Source: Patescibacteria group bacterium (GTDB taxonomy: Bacteria > Patescibacteriota > Doudnabacteria > UBA920 > VMFF01). Taken from it: a DNA stretch of 64,000 bases. Position numbers and translations under genes: made by a program. How positions within the stretch are numbered: position 1 is the stretch's first letter; every line of letters begins with the position of its first letter. Shown here piece after piece: positions 18,675-29,215 of this stretch. The DNA is taken from assembly GCA_038065615.1 (NCBI GenBank), contig JBBTQQ010000007.1, positions 12,473-76,472 of the forward strand. The letters are read 5' to 3'. The notes below the pieces were generated by a model that was not told where the DNA came from, did no database searches, and saw nothing but the letters and a program-made list of their open reading frames with translations.

Positions 18675-21116
18675 TTATATTACAGCACTTGAGGCAACTT
18701 TGTCACCATCATCAAGACGCATGACTCTAACTCCTTGGGTTGCACGACCTAAGGTTGAGATGGTGTTGAGTTTGGTTCTTAGAGCTTGTCCGTTTCTTGA
18801 AAATAGCACGAGATCATGTTCTTCGCTTCCTGTAACAATGTGCATTGAGATGATCTTGCCTGTCTTGTCAGTTACTTTCAGCGTCTTTATACCAGAACCA
18901 CCTCGCTTCTGTATTTTGTAGAAAGAAAGGTCTGTCTTTTTGCCTAATCCATTTTCAGTAACTATTAAGACTTGGAGATCTTTAACATTGTCTTCTTTTG
19001 GAATTATATCCATGCTCATCAGAAGGTCTTTTCCTTTCAAACGCATACCACGAACTCCAGATGCTCCTCTGCCCATTGGACGAATATCTTTTTCTGAGAA
19101 ACGAATTGCTTGTCCTAGTTCTGTTGAAAGCATTATTTGGTCATCGCCATTTGAAAGGTTAACCCATTTTAGTTCATCATCACCTTTCAGCTTTATAGCG
19201 ATCATTCCGCTTCTGCGCACTTTAGTAAATGAATCTGATTCAACTTTTTTGATTAAACCTTTTTTGGTTGTCATTACCAGGTATTTTGCTGGCGATTTTT
19301 TTGCTTGGCAAAGGATTGCTGTTGCATATTCTCCAGAACCAAGTTGCAGGAAGTTAACTAATGCTTGTCCTTTTGCAACTCTGGAGCTCTCTGGAATTTC
19401 ATAGACTTTTGTTTGGAATATGCGTCCTTTGTTAGTAAAGAACATCATGTCATCATGTGTGTTTGCGGAAATGACAACATCAACAACATCCTCTTCTTTT
19501 GTAGTCATGCCAATGACGCCTTTTCCGCCTCTTCCTTGTGTTTTGTATGTGTCAGGAGCTAATCGCTTGATGTATCCAGACTTGGTTGTTGTTATGATTA
19601 CGTTTTCTTCTGCTATTAAGTCCTCAGCCTTGAACTCTCCAATTGGAGTTTTAACAACTTGAGTTCTTCTTTCATCACCAAATTTTTCTTTAAGTTCAAA
19701 AACTTCTTTTTTGATTATTGCAAGAATCTTTTTTGGTGAACGAAGTATGTCTTCTAATTCAGCAATGAGTTTTTTCTTTTCTGCTAGTTCTTCATCAATT
19801 TTTTTTCTTTCTAATCCAGCAAGTGTTTGTAAGCGCATCTCTAAGATTGCGCGAGTTTGAATTTCTGAGAGTTTGAATTTCTTAACTAGGTTTTCAAAAG
19901 CTTCTTCTTTTGTTGGAGATTTCTTTATGACTGCAATTACTTCATCAATGTGATCTAAAGCTTTTTTTAATCCCTCAAGGACATGTGCTCTTTCTTTTGC
20001 TTTGCTTAGATCAAACTCTGTTTTTCTTTTAACAACAATTTGTCTGTGTTCAAGGTATTTTTCAAGAACTGTTTTTAGGTTTAAGATCATTGGTTCAATA
20101 CCACCAACCAATGCCAGCATGTTCATGTGGAATGTTTCTTGAAGTTGGCTGTATTTAAAGAGTTGGTTTAGAATTTTGTTTGCTAAAGCATCTTTTTTCA
20201 AATCAACAACAATGCGAACACCATCTTTGTCTGATTCGTCTCTTAAGTCTTTGATACCCTCAACTCTTTTTTCTTTTACTAGGTCTGCGAATTTTTGTAG
20301 TAGTGTTGCTTTGTTAACTCTGTAAGGAATTTCTGTGATGAGGATTTGGTATGCGCCGGTTTTTGTTTCTACTATGTCTGTTTTAGCGCGCATTACAATA
20401 CTGCCTTTTCCTGTCGCATACGCCTCTTTTATGGCATTGATGTCATAGATAATTCCGCCAGTTGGGAAATCCGGGCCTTTGATGAATTGAAGTAGATCTT
20501 CGGTTGTTGCTTTAGGGTCATCTATTAACGTAGTTATCGCATCGCAGATTTCTGTAAGGTTGTGTGGTGGGATGTCTGTTGCCATGCCAACAGCAATACC
20601 TAAGGTTCCATTAAGGAGCAAGTTAGGTAGTTTTGCAGGTAAAACAACTGGTTCTTTTTTGGTTGCGTCAAAATTGTCTCTGTAATCAACTGTTTCTTTT
20701 TCAATATCAGTAAGCAGTTCTTCAGCCATTTGGCTCATTCTTGCCTCTGTGTATCTGTAAGCAGCTGCTCCGTCCCCGTCCATTGAACCAAAGTTTCCTT
20801 GACCATCAATGATTGGGTAGCGCATAGCAAAGTCTTGAGCCATGTGTACCATTGAGTCATATACCGCAACGTCGCCATGTGGGTGATATTTTGCAAGAAC
20901 GTCTCCAACAACTGATGCTGATTTTCTGAATTTCGCGTTATGTCTTAAACCTTGTTCGTGCATTGAATACAAGATACGTCTGTGTACAGGTTTTAATCCA
21001 TCTCTTACATCAGGAAGAGCACGATCAACAATTACGCTCATCGCGTAATCAAGGAAGCTCTCTTGCATTTCTGATTCTATTGTACGTTGGCGTAAAACGC
21101 CGATTTCGTCTGACAT
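18675..21116 (-). CDS. gyrA: DNA gyrase subunit A
   Basis: 813 aa with GyrA N-terminal signature ([20 protein letters not shown]) and C-terminal beta-pinwheel repeats. Confidence 0.95.
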   Translation of the reverse strand: MSDEIGVLRQRTIESEMQESFLDYAMSVIVDRALPDVRDGLKPVHRRILYSMHEQGLRHNAKFRKSASVVGDVLAKYHPHGDVAVYDSMVHMAQDFAMRYPIIDGQGNFGSMDGDGAAAYRYTEARMSQMAEELLTDIEKETVDYRDNFDATKKEPVVLPAKLPNLLLNGTLGIAVGMATDIPPHNLTEICDAITTLIDDPKATTEDLLQFIKGPDFPTGGIIYDINAIKEAYATGKGSIVMRAKTDIVETKTGAYQILITEIPYRVNKATLLQKFADLVKEKRVEGIKDLRDESDKDGVRIVVDLKKDALANKILNQLFKYSQLQETFHMNMLALVGGIEPMILNLKTVLEKYLEHRQIVVKRKTEFDLSKAKERAHVLEGLKKALDHIDEVIAVIKKSPTKEEAFENLVKKFKLSEIQTRAILEMRLQTLAGLERKKIDEELAEKKKLIAELEDILRSPKKILAIIKKEVFELKEKFGDERRTQVVKTPIGEFKAEDLIAEENVIITTTKSGYIKRLAPDTYKTQGRGGKGVIGMTTKEEDVVDVVISANTHDDMMFFTNKGRIFQTKVYEIPESSRVAKGQALVNFLQLGSGEYATAILCQAKKSPAKYLVMTTKKGLIKKVESDSFTKVRRSGMIAIKLKGDDELKWVNLSNGDDQIMLSTELGQAIRFSEKDIRPMGRGASGVRGMRLKGKDLLMSMDIIPKEDNVKDLQVLIVTENGLGKKTDLSFYKIQKRGGSGIKTLKVTDKTGKIISMHIVTGSEEHDLVLFSRNGQALRTKLNTISTLGRATQGVRVMRLDDGDKVASSAVI

Positions 21117-21117
21117 A

Positions 21118-21348
21118 TTATTTACTTTGTTCTGAAGGTAGTGTTAATTGCGATTTATCAAGTTTGAAATTCTTTATTCCGTTTTCTATTGTTTTGAAGA
21201 GGTCTAGATTTTTGTTTGCTCCGTTTTTGTAGTTCCCTATTAAGATCCAAATGCCGATTAGAACAACCACTGCTATTACCGTAGTCATCCAAAGCAGCCG
21301 TATTTTTTCTTCTTTGGGTTTAGCTCTTAGTTTTTCTAACCACCCCAT
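21118..21348 (-). CDS. Small hypothetical membrane protein
   Basis: 76 aa with a single TM helix, tightly packed between gyrA and the MBL gene. Confidence 0.4.
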   Translation of the reverse strand: MGWLEKLRAKPKEEKIRLLWMTTVIAVVVLIGIWILIGNYKNGANKNLDLFKTIENGIKNFKLDKSQLTLPSEQSK

Positions 21349-21980
21349 TATCTTAATGGCTCCAGCATAATTATTTTCATTGGTTGTTCAACAAGAAGGT
21401 CTTTTTTCTTTAATACAAGCTTTTCCATTTTTTCAAATTTGTTTCCAAATTCTTTTAGGAACTTTTCTTCAGAGTCAGCGTGGATTTTTAAGCCAGGCAT
21501 TTTGAAATGCATAGGAATGACAAATTTTGGTTCTATGAAGTTTACTGCTTTTGCTGCGTCATCAGATGTTAAGACGCCATTTCCACCAACTGGGACAAGC
21601 ATGACATCAACGTCTCCAATATCTTCAAGCTCATCTTCGCTCAAAGAGAGTTTTTCAATATGCGCCATGTCTAAGATTTTAATACCCTCAACTTCAATGA
21701 GATATATTGTTACAATACGTCCGTTTTTGTCTTTTACGGGGATTCCTGTGATGGTGTGTTCTTTAACATCGTATTCTCCTGGTCCATCTACAATGAATGG
21801 TTCTCCGGAAATGCCTGATGTCCAAGAATACATCTCATTTTCTTTCTCTGAAAGGATGATTAAATCAGCTGCTCCGCGAGGTGGGGTCAGTCCTGAATCC
21901 TTGCCAAAAGGGTCGATTATTGAGGTTGTTTCTTTACCTGTTATCTTGAATGAACTTAGTCCGAAATATGAGATTTGCAT
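21348..21980 (-). CDS. MBL-fold metallo-hydrolase (UPF0173-like)
   Basis: 210 aa beta-lactamase fold (..DPFG.. and HxD-like segments). Confidence 0.6.
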   Translation of the reverse strand: MQISYFGLSSFKITGKETTSIIDPFGKDSGLTPPRGAADLIILSEKENEMYSWTSGISGEPFIVDGPGEYDVKEHTITGIPVKDKNGRIVTIYLIEVEGIKILDMAHIEKLSLSEDELEDIGDVDVMLVPVGGNGVLTSDDAAKAVNFIEPKFVIPMHFKMPGLKIHADSEEKFLKEFGNKFEKMEKLVLKKKDLLVEQPMKIIMLEPLR

Positions 21981-22052
21981 GTGTATATTTTACCAAAAAA
22001 TGAGCAATTTTGGAAGCCTAAAAAGGGTCTGAAAAACACCAAGCCCTGAGGG

Positions 22053-22778
22053 TTAGTCAGGGCTGGTTTTGGTGTGAGGTGGGAAGTGGAGACCACAGAC
22101 CGAGCAATACCCGGTAGCGCGAGCTTCTACTGCGGTCTTGTGGACGTCAGGGCAACGATGCTCCTCTTCTGCAGCCGCGCTGTGACCATAGAATACCTGG
22201 AACAGTTCATCGCAGAAGTCCGGGTTCCTGATGCCACAGCTGGCGCAGTACTTACCGTAACGCACCTGCTGATCTCCGCATTTCTTGCATGGAATTGTAA
22301 ACCCTTCTTCGTAGATGAGTCCTAAGGCATCGTCCATGTCTACTGTCTTAGTTGGACAGACGGTTTCGATGGAAGTAAGGATCTCTGCGATCAACTCTTC
22401 ACGTAGCCTTCTTGCTTGTTTTTCTGAGACCCTCAGGGTTTTCTTGATCTCTTGGATGTGGTTCTCCTCCATCCAGATTAGGTACACGATCAGATAGCCA
22501 GTGTTGCTAATCCTCTTTGCGAGAGGACTGCAAGCTGCTGTGAGTTCTTCTTCTGTTGCGACTTCGAGATCTGAAGAAACATCGTCCTCTTCGTCGTCCA
22601 GATCATCTGCTTGATCAGCAGTCATTCCAGGCTGCCAGGTTGATACCGTGTCTCCATATGGTCCTTGTGGGGCGTGTACTTCGCCCCTCCAGGATTCGTC
22701 GTCAGGCAGCTCGAAGGAGCTGTCTTCTTCCCATTGTGTCATGGCTCCTCCGGTTCGTGTTTTCTCGTATGACGGCAT
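22053..22778 (-). CDS. Hypothetical acidic/Zn-ribbon protein in a GC-rich island
   Basis: 241 aa with an acidic N-terminus (DDLDDEEDDVSSD), a helical middle (KQARRLREELIAEI) and C-terminal paired CxxC motifs (CKKCGD..CASCG; CSVCG). GC is about 52% against ~35% neighbours. Confidence 0.55.
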   Translation of the reverse strand: MPSYEKTRTGGAMTQWEEDSSFELPDDESWRGEVHAPQGPYGDTVSTWQPGMTADQADDLDDEEDDVSSDLEVATEEELTAACSPLAKRISNTGYLIVYLIWMEENHIQEIKKTLRVSEKQARRLREELIAEILTSIETVCPTKTVDMDDALGLIYEEGFTIPCKKCGDQQVRYGKYCASCGIRNPDFCDELFQVFYGHSAAAEEEHRCPDVHKTAVEARATGYCSVCGLHFPPHTKTSPD

Positions 22779-22978
22779 CTTACACTAGAGGCTTTGGGTC
22801 TTGCAATAACCGGGGGGATTTAGTATACTTTCAGAGCTTAATGAGTTCGCACGTTTATTAAATAATTAACAAGTCATTAGGCCTTAGAAGAAACGTGCTA
22901 TTAAGAATTAACTAATAGAATAGATTTGCGGGTTAACCGCATCAATTCTCAAGTTAGTTCTTGGGATTTTTTATTTAC

Positions 22979-24136
22979 ATGTCAGAGAAAACAGCTACAG
23001 CAAATGCTCAGACAATGAATGACCTGATTCAATCAGGCCTTGAAATCAAGGTTTTGAAACCAGGAGAAGTTGTTGCGGGAAAAATTTTGTCCGTAGGAAA
23101 AAATGAAGTATATGTAGACATCGAAGGTTATGGTTTAGGCGTTGTTCGCGGCCGTGAACTTTATGATGATGAAGCAACTCTCTCTTCTTTAAAACCAGGA
23201 GATGAAGTTTTTGCTTCCGTGGTAGATATTGAAAACAAAGACGGTAACATTGAACTTTCTTTCCGCCAAGCAGGACAGGAAAGAGTTTGGTCTACCTTGC
23301 AAGAAAAGATGCAGACCAAAGAAATTGTTCGCACCAAGATTTTGGAAGCAAACAAAGGTGGTTTGATGGTTGAGATTAACAATGTCATGGGATTCTTGCC
23401 TGTTTCTCAGTTATCAACCGAACACTACCCAAGAGTAGAAGACGGTGACAAGAACAAGATATTGTCTGTTTTGAACCAGTTTGTTGGTACAATGTTTGAC
23501 GTTCAGATTATCACAGCAGATCAGAACGAAGAGAAATTGATTGTTTCTGAAAAATCAGTCTTTGAAAAAGATTTGCAAGATCGTATAAGTAAGTTAAAGA
23601 TTGGTGATATTGTTACAGGAACTGTTTCTGGTATTGTTGACTTCGGAGTCTTCGTTAAGTTCGGAGAACTTGAAGGTTTGGTACATATTTCAGAATTAGC
23701 ATGGCAGCGTATTGAACATCCAAAGGATATTGTTAAGGTTGGACAAGAAGTAAAAGCAGTTGTTATTGGTTTAGACAAAGGCAGGATTTCATTATCCATG
23801 AAGCAGTTGGAAAAAGATCCATGGCAGGACAGTGTTAAGAAGTACCAGATTGGCCAGGTTGTTAAAGGAAAAGTTTCTAAGATTATGCCTTTTGGTGTAT
23901 TTGTAGAACTTGATGACCAGATTCAAGGCCTTGCTCACTTAATGGAGTTATCACACGAAGAAGTTAAGAGTGCTGAAGATGTTTTGAAGGTTGGAGATGA
24001 GAAAGAATTTAAAATAATCTCTATTGAACCACAGGAACATCGCTTGGGTTTGTCGATTAAAGCTTTAACCGAAAAACCAGAAGAGAAAAAAGAAGAAAAA
24101 GTAGAGGCAACAGAAGAAGCAGAAAAGGAAGTTTAA
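22979..24136 (+). CDS. rpsA: 30S ribosomal protein S1 (four S1 domains)
   Basis: Repeated S1 domains and an MSEKTATANAQTMNDL N-terminus at the ATG at 22979. The track gives an upstream TTG at 22961. Confidence 0.9.
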   Translation: MSEKTATANAQTMNDLIQSGLEIKVLKPGEVVAGKILSVGKNEVYVDIEGYGLGVVRGRELYDDEATLSSLKPGDEVFASVVDIENKDGNIELSFRQAGQERVWSTLQEKMQTKEIVRTKILEANKGGLMVEINNVMGFLPVSQLSTEHYPRVEDGDKNKILSVLNQFVGTMFDVQIITADQNEEKLIVSEKSVFEKDLQDRISKLKIGDIVTGTVSGIVDFGVFVKFGELEGLVHISELAWQRIEHPKDIVKVGQEVKAVVIGLDKGRISLSMKQLEKDPWQDSVKKYQIGQVVKGKVSKIMPFGVFVELDDQIQGLAHLMELSHEEVKSAEDVLKVGDEKEFKIISIEPQEHRLGLSIKALTEKPEEKKEEKVEATEEAEKEV

Positions 24137-24148
24137 TACAGGGATTTA

Positions 24149-24177
24149 AAAAAACCGGCGTTTGCCGGTTTTTTTAT
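24149..24177. terminator. Bidirectional terminator after rpsA
   Basis: AAAAACCGGCGTTTGCCGGTTTTTTT. Confidence 0.7.
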
Positions 24178-24584
24178 TCTTCGCTTGTTTGAGACTCTTC
24201 ACTATTTCTGACTCGTTCTGTTTTAAGCCGATCAACTGCTGTTGATACAGCTGCGAGTGCTTCTGGTTTTAAGTCTAATGAAATATTGTATCTAGATGGT
24301 GCTTCTGTGTTTGCAAGAACTCCGGTTAACTGCAGACCTCTTATTTTTCCTTTAAAGCTTTGGGCTAAGAGTGAAAAGTTTGCCATTGTTTCTTCCCAGG
24401 CAGCTGCGTTTATTAAAAGTTTTACGATTCTGCCATCTTCAGTGACAATACCCAGGATTCTTCTGCTACCTTCTATTTCCGGTGTAGCATTGAATGCCGC
24501 ATCAAAAGTATCCCTTAACAGCTCATAGTTTCTGTGTGGGAGATCTTGGGTCTCAGATTGTCTGATGTCGCGACCTGGTTCCAT
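24174..24584 (-). CDS. Hypothetical protein
   Basis: 136 aa ORF with no family recognisable by eye. Confidence 0.4.
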   Translation of the reverse strand: MEPGRDIRQSETQDLPHRNYELLRDTFDAAFNATPEIEGSRRILGIVTEDGRIVKLLINAAAWEETMANFSLLAQSFKGKIRGLQLTGVLANTEAPSRYNISLDLKPEALAAVSTAVDRLKTERVRNSEESQTSEE

Positions 24585-24589
24585 TCTAG

Positions 24590-24889
24590 TTATTTTCCGC
24601 TAAGTATTTTTACAATTGCATCAAAGTTATCTTCAGCACTTGTCTTGTTGTCTTTTTCAACGCCGCATTTTTCACAGCGATGGGTAATGACGTATTGTCC
24701 ATTTTTTAAATGAACGGCAATCGGACGCATTAATCCTTGGCAACTTGCTTGTCTATCCCCCGGATTCGCATCAACGTGTTTACTGTAGAGACAGTTAAAG
24801 CAATGGTTAGTGTAACCATTGCCTTTGTTTTTTTGACCGCAATGTTCGCAAACAAAGTCTTCAATTTTTCTTGTAAAATGTTTGCTCAT
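24590..24889 (-). CDS. RNHCP-domain zinc-ribbon protein
   Basis: CEHCGQ..NHCFNC..CEKCG pattern, consistent with the RNHCP family. Confidence 0.55.
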   Translation of the reverse strand: MSKHFTRKIEDFVCEHCGQKNKGNGYTNHCFNCLYSKHVDANPGDRQASCQGLMRPIAVHLKNGQYVITHRCEKCGVEKDNKTSAEDNFDAIVKILSGK

Positions 24890-24973
24890 TTTATTCTGGT
24901 GTATTTATTTGGCTAGCCTGATTTTACTTTTTCTTTCGTGGCAAATTCTTTTTTAATTCAAAAGGAAACTCAA

Positions 24974-25321
24974 TTATATCAAAAAAGATATGGTCGCACC
25001 TATAATAATCAATATCCCGATAAAAAATGGTACAGCAGGATTTCTAGAAACAATGAAACTTCCAGGCTCAAATATACTCGCAATTAATAATGCAGGCAAC
25101 CACATAAATACACCAGCCCACCAAGCTACAAATACGAAACCAAGTATAACTTCAGCTATAAACAATCCGATAGCAATAATTGGAATAATTATTTTCGCAG
25201 CTGTCGAAGAAAACCAAAGTGGTGCATCTAAAATGCTGACACCGCCTGGGCCAGGTTGTCTTATGAACGCACCTTGAATCAATCCTGCACCAAAACAAAA
25301 AATAAGATATTGAATTAACAT
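24974..25321 (-). CDS. Hypothetical membrane protein (3-4 TM)
   Basis: 115 aa hydrophobic ORF. Confidence 0.4.
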   Translation of the reverse strand: MLIQYLIFCFGAGLIQGAFIRQPGPGGVSILDAPLWFSSTAAKIIIPIIAIGLFIAEVILGFVFVAWWAGVFMWLPALLIASIFEPGSFIVSRNPAVPFFIGILIIIGATISFLI

Positions 25322-25381
25322 AAAGATACAAAAATTAAATTATCCCGTTCGTCAACTGATTTTTCGCTTTTGATTGTTTAT

Positions 25382-25470
25382 TGGTGCCGATGGTGGGACT
25401 CGAACCCACAAGCCCTTACGAGCAAGAGATTTTAAGTCTCTCGTGTATACCAGTTCCACCACATCGGCTC
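25382..25470 (-). tRNA. tRNA-Leu (anticodon UAA)
   Basis: Manual fold with anticodon stem AGAGA/TCTCT, loop CTTAAAA and a long variable arm. CCA is encoded. Confidence 0.75.
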
Positions 25471-25498
25471 GTTAGATATATTAAGTTATTTGTTCTTA

Positions 25499-25573
25499 TG
25501 GAGGCCACGACCGGAATCGAACCGGTGAATGAAGATTTTGCAGATCTTCGCCTTCCCACTTGGCTACGTGGCC
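25499..25573 (-). tRNA. tRNA-Cys (anticodon GCA)
   Basis: GGCCACG/TA/GCC..; anticodon loop CTGCAAA; T-arm GGTTCGATTCC; ends TCCA. Confidence 0.75.
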
Positions 25574-25578
25574 AGTTT

Positions 25579-26268
25579 TTACTCTTTAACTTTCCAATTA
25601 TCGCATTTTTTTAGTGCTTTAGTAAAGACCCTTTTCTTTCGTGTAAGATACAGCTTTGTACGGGGTGGATACATATATTTGTATATTTTTAAAGCGTCAT
25701 TCGTCGAATATGATAGCTGGTAGCTGCGTCTGCTGTTATATATCTTTGTTTGTCTTAGTGCCAGTTTGTTCTTTAGCTTTAAACACAAGGTTTCCAAAAA
25801 TTTGTGGCTACCACTTGTAAATATTATTCTTAATCGTTTTTGTTTTTCTACATATACGCAGCCATCGCCATCAAAGTACCCTCTTACAAAATCAGATAGA
25901 TATCGATCCTCAATTGTAGGGAACCTCATCGTCAGTGATTTCCTTGGATATATTCCTAGTTTTGTAACAGAATCGTATAATTCTTTGTCGCCTATCCTCA
26001 ATCTGTATTTTATTTTATGTTTTTTTGATTCCGGCGGGATGATTTCTATTTTATGTTCAGCGCGCAACTCTTTTTTTAGCCGACTAATTAATTCATAGTC
26101 GGTGCTAATAGCTTTCAAGTAATGAGCTCTGAATGATTGCCAGTATTCTACGCTGCCATCAGCAAATAGATAGCCTAAAGTATACGCCATTCTCTTTGAC
26201 CACTTATTAAAATATTTTTCGTTTACTTTGTATTTAATCCCCATATTTTTGTATTGTAAGTTTAACAA
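25579..26268 (-). CDS. LAGLIDADG homing endonuclease, double-motif, free-standing
   Basis: Two LAGLIDADG motifs, LGYLFADGS and VRGYFDGDGCV, with the second ~100 aa after the first. Confidence 0.8.
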   Translation of the reverse strand: MLNLQYKNMGIKYKVNEKYFNKWSKRMAYTLGYLFADGSVEYWQSFRAHYLKAISTDYELISRLKKELRAEHKIEIIPPESKKHKIKYRLRIGDKELYDSVTKLGIYPRKSLTMRFPTIEDRYLSDFVRGYFDGDGCVYVEKQKRLRIIFTSGSHKFLETLCLKLKNKLALRQTKIYNSRRSYQLSYSTNDALKIYKYMYPPRTKLYLTRKKRVFTKALKKCDNWKVKE

Positions 26269-26338
26269 AATGGGAATGAAAAAATTCTAAAATAAAACCC
26301 CGCCGGTTAAGGCGGGATTCTATTTTCGCTTGCATTTT

Positions 26339-26941
26339 TTAAGCTGACTCTGTTTCTACCTGTTGTTCTATCTCAACTAAGTCGTTGTAGATTTGAGTAG
26401 TTGCTGCATACCAGTTGGAGCTTCTTGGATAAACGTAGATTCCGTTCATCTGTTTAAGTGTCCAACCTTTGTATCTTCTGTCAATCAACTTTTGTAAGTC
26501 AACAATCCAGTCAGCGGTAGAGTCGTATCTTTTTAGACCGGCGTAACCTTTCCCAAATTGTCCGTAAATTCCGCTACAGTTATTGTAATAACAGCGTTTA
26601 CCTAAGGAGCTTTCTGCATTTGAGATTGCAATGATTGTTTTCCAATCATCCTGTGCCAGTAATATTTCGGTGTAATCCGCTAAAGGAGCGCCTTTACTTT
26701 CCAAATATTCTCTGACTAAAGTTACCTTTTTGTCGATCTTCGCGTATTTCTCATGGTCCATCGTAATTAATGAACCAGGGTTTTGAGTTTTGATTTCAAA
26801 AACTATGCTTTTTTCTGAACCAACAGCCTGGGCGTGAGCCACCAAGGAACCAGGATGAATCCCAGTTACCAAGGAAACAAGAGCGGCTAAAACTGCAATC
26901 TTGTTTTTGGCAGACTGAAGGGCCTTCAAAGAAGCGTTCAT
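26339..26941 (-). CDS. Hypothetical secreted protein (signal peptide)
   Basis: N-terminal signal peptide (MNASLKALQSAKNKIAVLAALVSLVTG). It has a terminator hairpin downstream. Confidence 0.5.
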   Translation of the reverse strand: MNASLKALQSAKNKIAVLAALVSLVTGIHPGSLVAHAQAVGSEKSIVFEIKTQNPGSLITMDHEKYAKIDKKVTLVREYLESKGAPLADYTEILLAQDDWKTIIAISNAESSLGKRCYYNNCSGIYGQFGKGYAGLKRYDSTADWIVDLQKLIDRRYKGWTLKQMNGIYVYPRSSNWYAATTQIYNDLVEIEQQVETESA

Positions 26942-27156
26942 TTTATATGATCAATTCCTTTCTTCCCTTAAATATTTAGATTTCAAAGTTCTAAAGCCTT
27001 TTATGGCTTGTGGACCTTTACTTGGACGGTTTTCACCGTACAAGAAAGCATTGTATCATACATTACCCCATCTGTCAAGGCATATGTCAAGGTGACTTTT
27101 TAGGGTAAAAATGGTCTAAAAAAGCCCATATTATTGGGCTTTTAGTAAGTATGTAG

Positions 27157-27570
27157 TTATACACCTAGCTCTTTTAGCTTTTGCTTGTACTTCTCGTAGT
27201 CTTCAATGTAGTCTTCCCTGTTTGGGTTGTAGTTTGTTGAGCTAACAGCTAAAAGCACTGCGTCTGGGCTAAAATCCTTAAACCCATGCCAGATATAGTT
27301 TCCGATGTACATAGCGCTTTGAGGAGAGTTCATTGGTATGTCCTCTAATCCTTGCCCCTTGTCTATGACTGCGGTGCAAGATCCGGAAACCATGACAAAC
27401 AATTCCTCTTCTTTTAGATGGCAGTGTTGTCCAGTGTTTCCTGTTGGGTGTGATATGAAATATACCCGCTTAACTTCAAAATCAACATATTCTTTGAGTT
27501 CTAGTGGGCTCATTGCAAAGTTAGGTGCTTGGATTTTTTTTACTTCAAATTGTTTGAATTGAAGTTGCAT
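27157..27570 (-). CDS. WxcM/FdtA-like cupin (dTDP-sugar 3,4-ketoisomerase family)
   Basis: KRVYFISHPTGNTGQHCHLKEEELFVMVSG matches the FdtA/WxcM C-terminal-domain signature. It is adjacent to rfbB. Confidence 0.65.
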   Translation of the reverse strand: MQLQFKQFEVKKIQAPNFAMSPLELKEYVDFEVKRVYFISHPTGNTGQHCHLKEEELFVMVSGSCTAVIDKGQGLEDIPMNSPQSAMYIGNYIWHGFKDFSPDAVLLAVSSTNYNPNREDYIEDYEKYKQKLKELGV

Positions 27571-27582
27571 TTTTGTTTCAGG

Positions 27583-28590
27583 CTATTTAATGTGCTCGTT
27601 TATATCAGCGTTTCTTTGTTTAATCTTAGCGATCCATTCCTGGTTATGCAAATACCACTCAATTGTTTTAGGGATTGCTTCTTCAAAACGATGTTCTGGG
27701 TACCAACCAAGCTCATTCATGATTTTTGTTGCATCAATTGCGTATCTTCTGTCATGTCCTGGTCTATCAGGAACAAATTTAATCGTTGACTCTGGTAAAC
27801 CAAAGTATTGGAGAATTAATTTTGCAATTTCCAAGTTGCTTTTTTCGTTGTTACCACCAATGTTGTAAACTTCGCCAGCAATTCCTTTGTGTAGCATTAA
27901 ATCAATTGCTTTGACGTGATCTAGTACAAACAACCAGTCGCGAATGTATCTTCCATCTCCATAGATTGGAAATTGTTCCCTATTTAGCGCTTTTGTTATT
28001 AAGTATGGAATTAGTTTTTCTGGGAATTGATATGGTCCGTAGTTATTTGAGCAGTGGCTGACAATTACTGGGACGCCGAAAGTATTGTAGTAAGCGCGGC
28101 AAAGCATGTCTCCTCCTGCTTTTGCAGCAGCATAAGGAACATTTGGTTCAAATGCTGTTTCTTCTGTAAACATTCTTTGTTCACCAAGTTCTAGGGAGCC
28201 ATATACTTCATCTGTTGAGATGTTAACGAATTTGAATAGGTTGTGTCTTCTTGTTGCATCTAAGAGTGTTTGCACACCAACAGTGTTGGTCATGACGAAT
28301 TCTCTTGAACCAATGTGGATGCTTCGATCAACGTGTGTTTCAGCTGCAAAGTTAACGATTGAGTCTATTTTTTCTTTAACGATTATTTCATCGATAAATT
28401 TTTGATCAACAATATCTCCTTGATAGAAAACATAGTTTGGACGATTTTCAATGTCTATCAGGTTATCAATGTTTCCTGCGTATGTTAATTTGTCTATGTT
28501 AACTATTTTGTAATGCGGGTATTTAGTAACCATGTGGCGAACAAAGTTGCTGCCAATGAATCCAGCACCACCACAAACTAAAACATTCAT
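27583..28590 (-). CDS. rfbB: dTDP-glucose 4,6-dehydratase
   Basis: MNVLVCGGAGFIGSNFV Rossmann start and SDR-extended YxxxK. The ORF is open upstream to 28887 (a 99-aa extension of unknown validity). Confidence 0.85.
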   Translation of the reverse strand: MNVLVCGGAGFIGSNFVRHMVTKYPHYKIVNIDKLTYAGNIDNLIDIENRPNYVFYQGDIVDQKFIDEIIVKEKIDSIVNFAAETHVDRSIHIGSREFVMTNTVGVQTLLDATRRHNLFKFVNISTDEVYGSLELGEQRMFTEETAFEPNVPYAAAKAGGDMLCRAYYNTFGVPVIVSHCSNNYGPYQFPEKLIPYLITKALNREQFPIYGDGRYIRDWLFVLDHVKAIDLMLHKGIAGEVYNIGGNNEKSNLEIAKLILQYFGLPESTIKFVPDRPGHDRRYAIDATKIMNELGWYPEHRFEEAIPKTIEWYLHNQEWIAKIKQRNADINEHIK

Positions 28591-29029
28591 CTGTCTAACT
28601 TCTAAGTTCATTCCTTTTAACACAGACGCAAAAATCTCAGCAGTAAGTCCTGAGATTTTTATGGCATCATGTATTTCAATTTCTCTTTTTTTGTAAAGTT
28701 TAACAGCCAAGCGAGTGCGCTCAGATGTTGTCATCTGATTTAATATTTCTTCACTGTATGCTTCTGTTCCTGTATTGTTTCCACCATTGTTTGGATCTAA
28801 GTGTGGTGGAAATGGAGGAGTAAATTCCATGTAAGTTGTTTTAAAAGGTTTACATCGTAGATTACCAGAATACACCTTGTTTGTCAAAGGCAGAGCCTAC
28901 TAAAGAGATAAGGAGTCACGGAGAGTAGCTTCTGCATTAGTGTCCTTTTAGATCACTGGAAATTTTTTCATAGATGTAATATAATTAGCGAGATTTAAAG
29001 ATTCGTATCTTTTCTTTTTAATTACCCGC

Positions 29030-29116
29030 GCCCGGGTGGCGAAACTGGCAGACGCACTACCTTGAGGTGGTAGCGGGAGCAATCCCATGGGAGTTCGAAT
29101 CTCCCCTCGGGCACCA
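29030..29116 (+). tRNA. tRNA-Leu (anticodon GAG)
   Basis: GCCCGGG acceptor, anticodon loop TTGAGGT, long variable arm. CCA is encoded. Confidence 0.75.
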
Positions 29117-29133
29117 ATGGTTTTTAAAGCACG

Positions 29134-29210
<77 letters not shown>

Positions 29211-29215
29211 AAATA

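Noticed and set aside
21439-22032. 197-aa + strand ORF
   Set aside because: Antisense to the MBL-fold hydrolase gene, with Ser/Pro-rich low-complexity translation.
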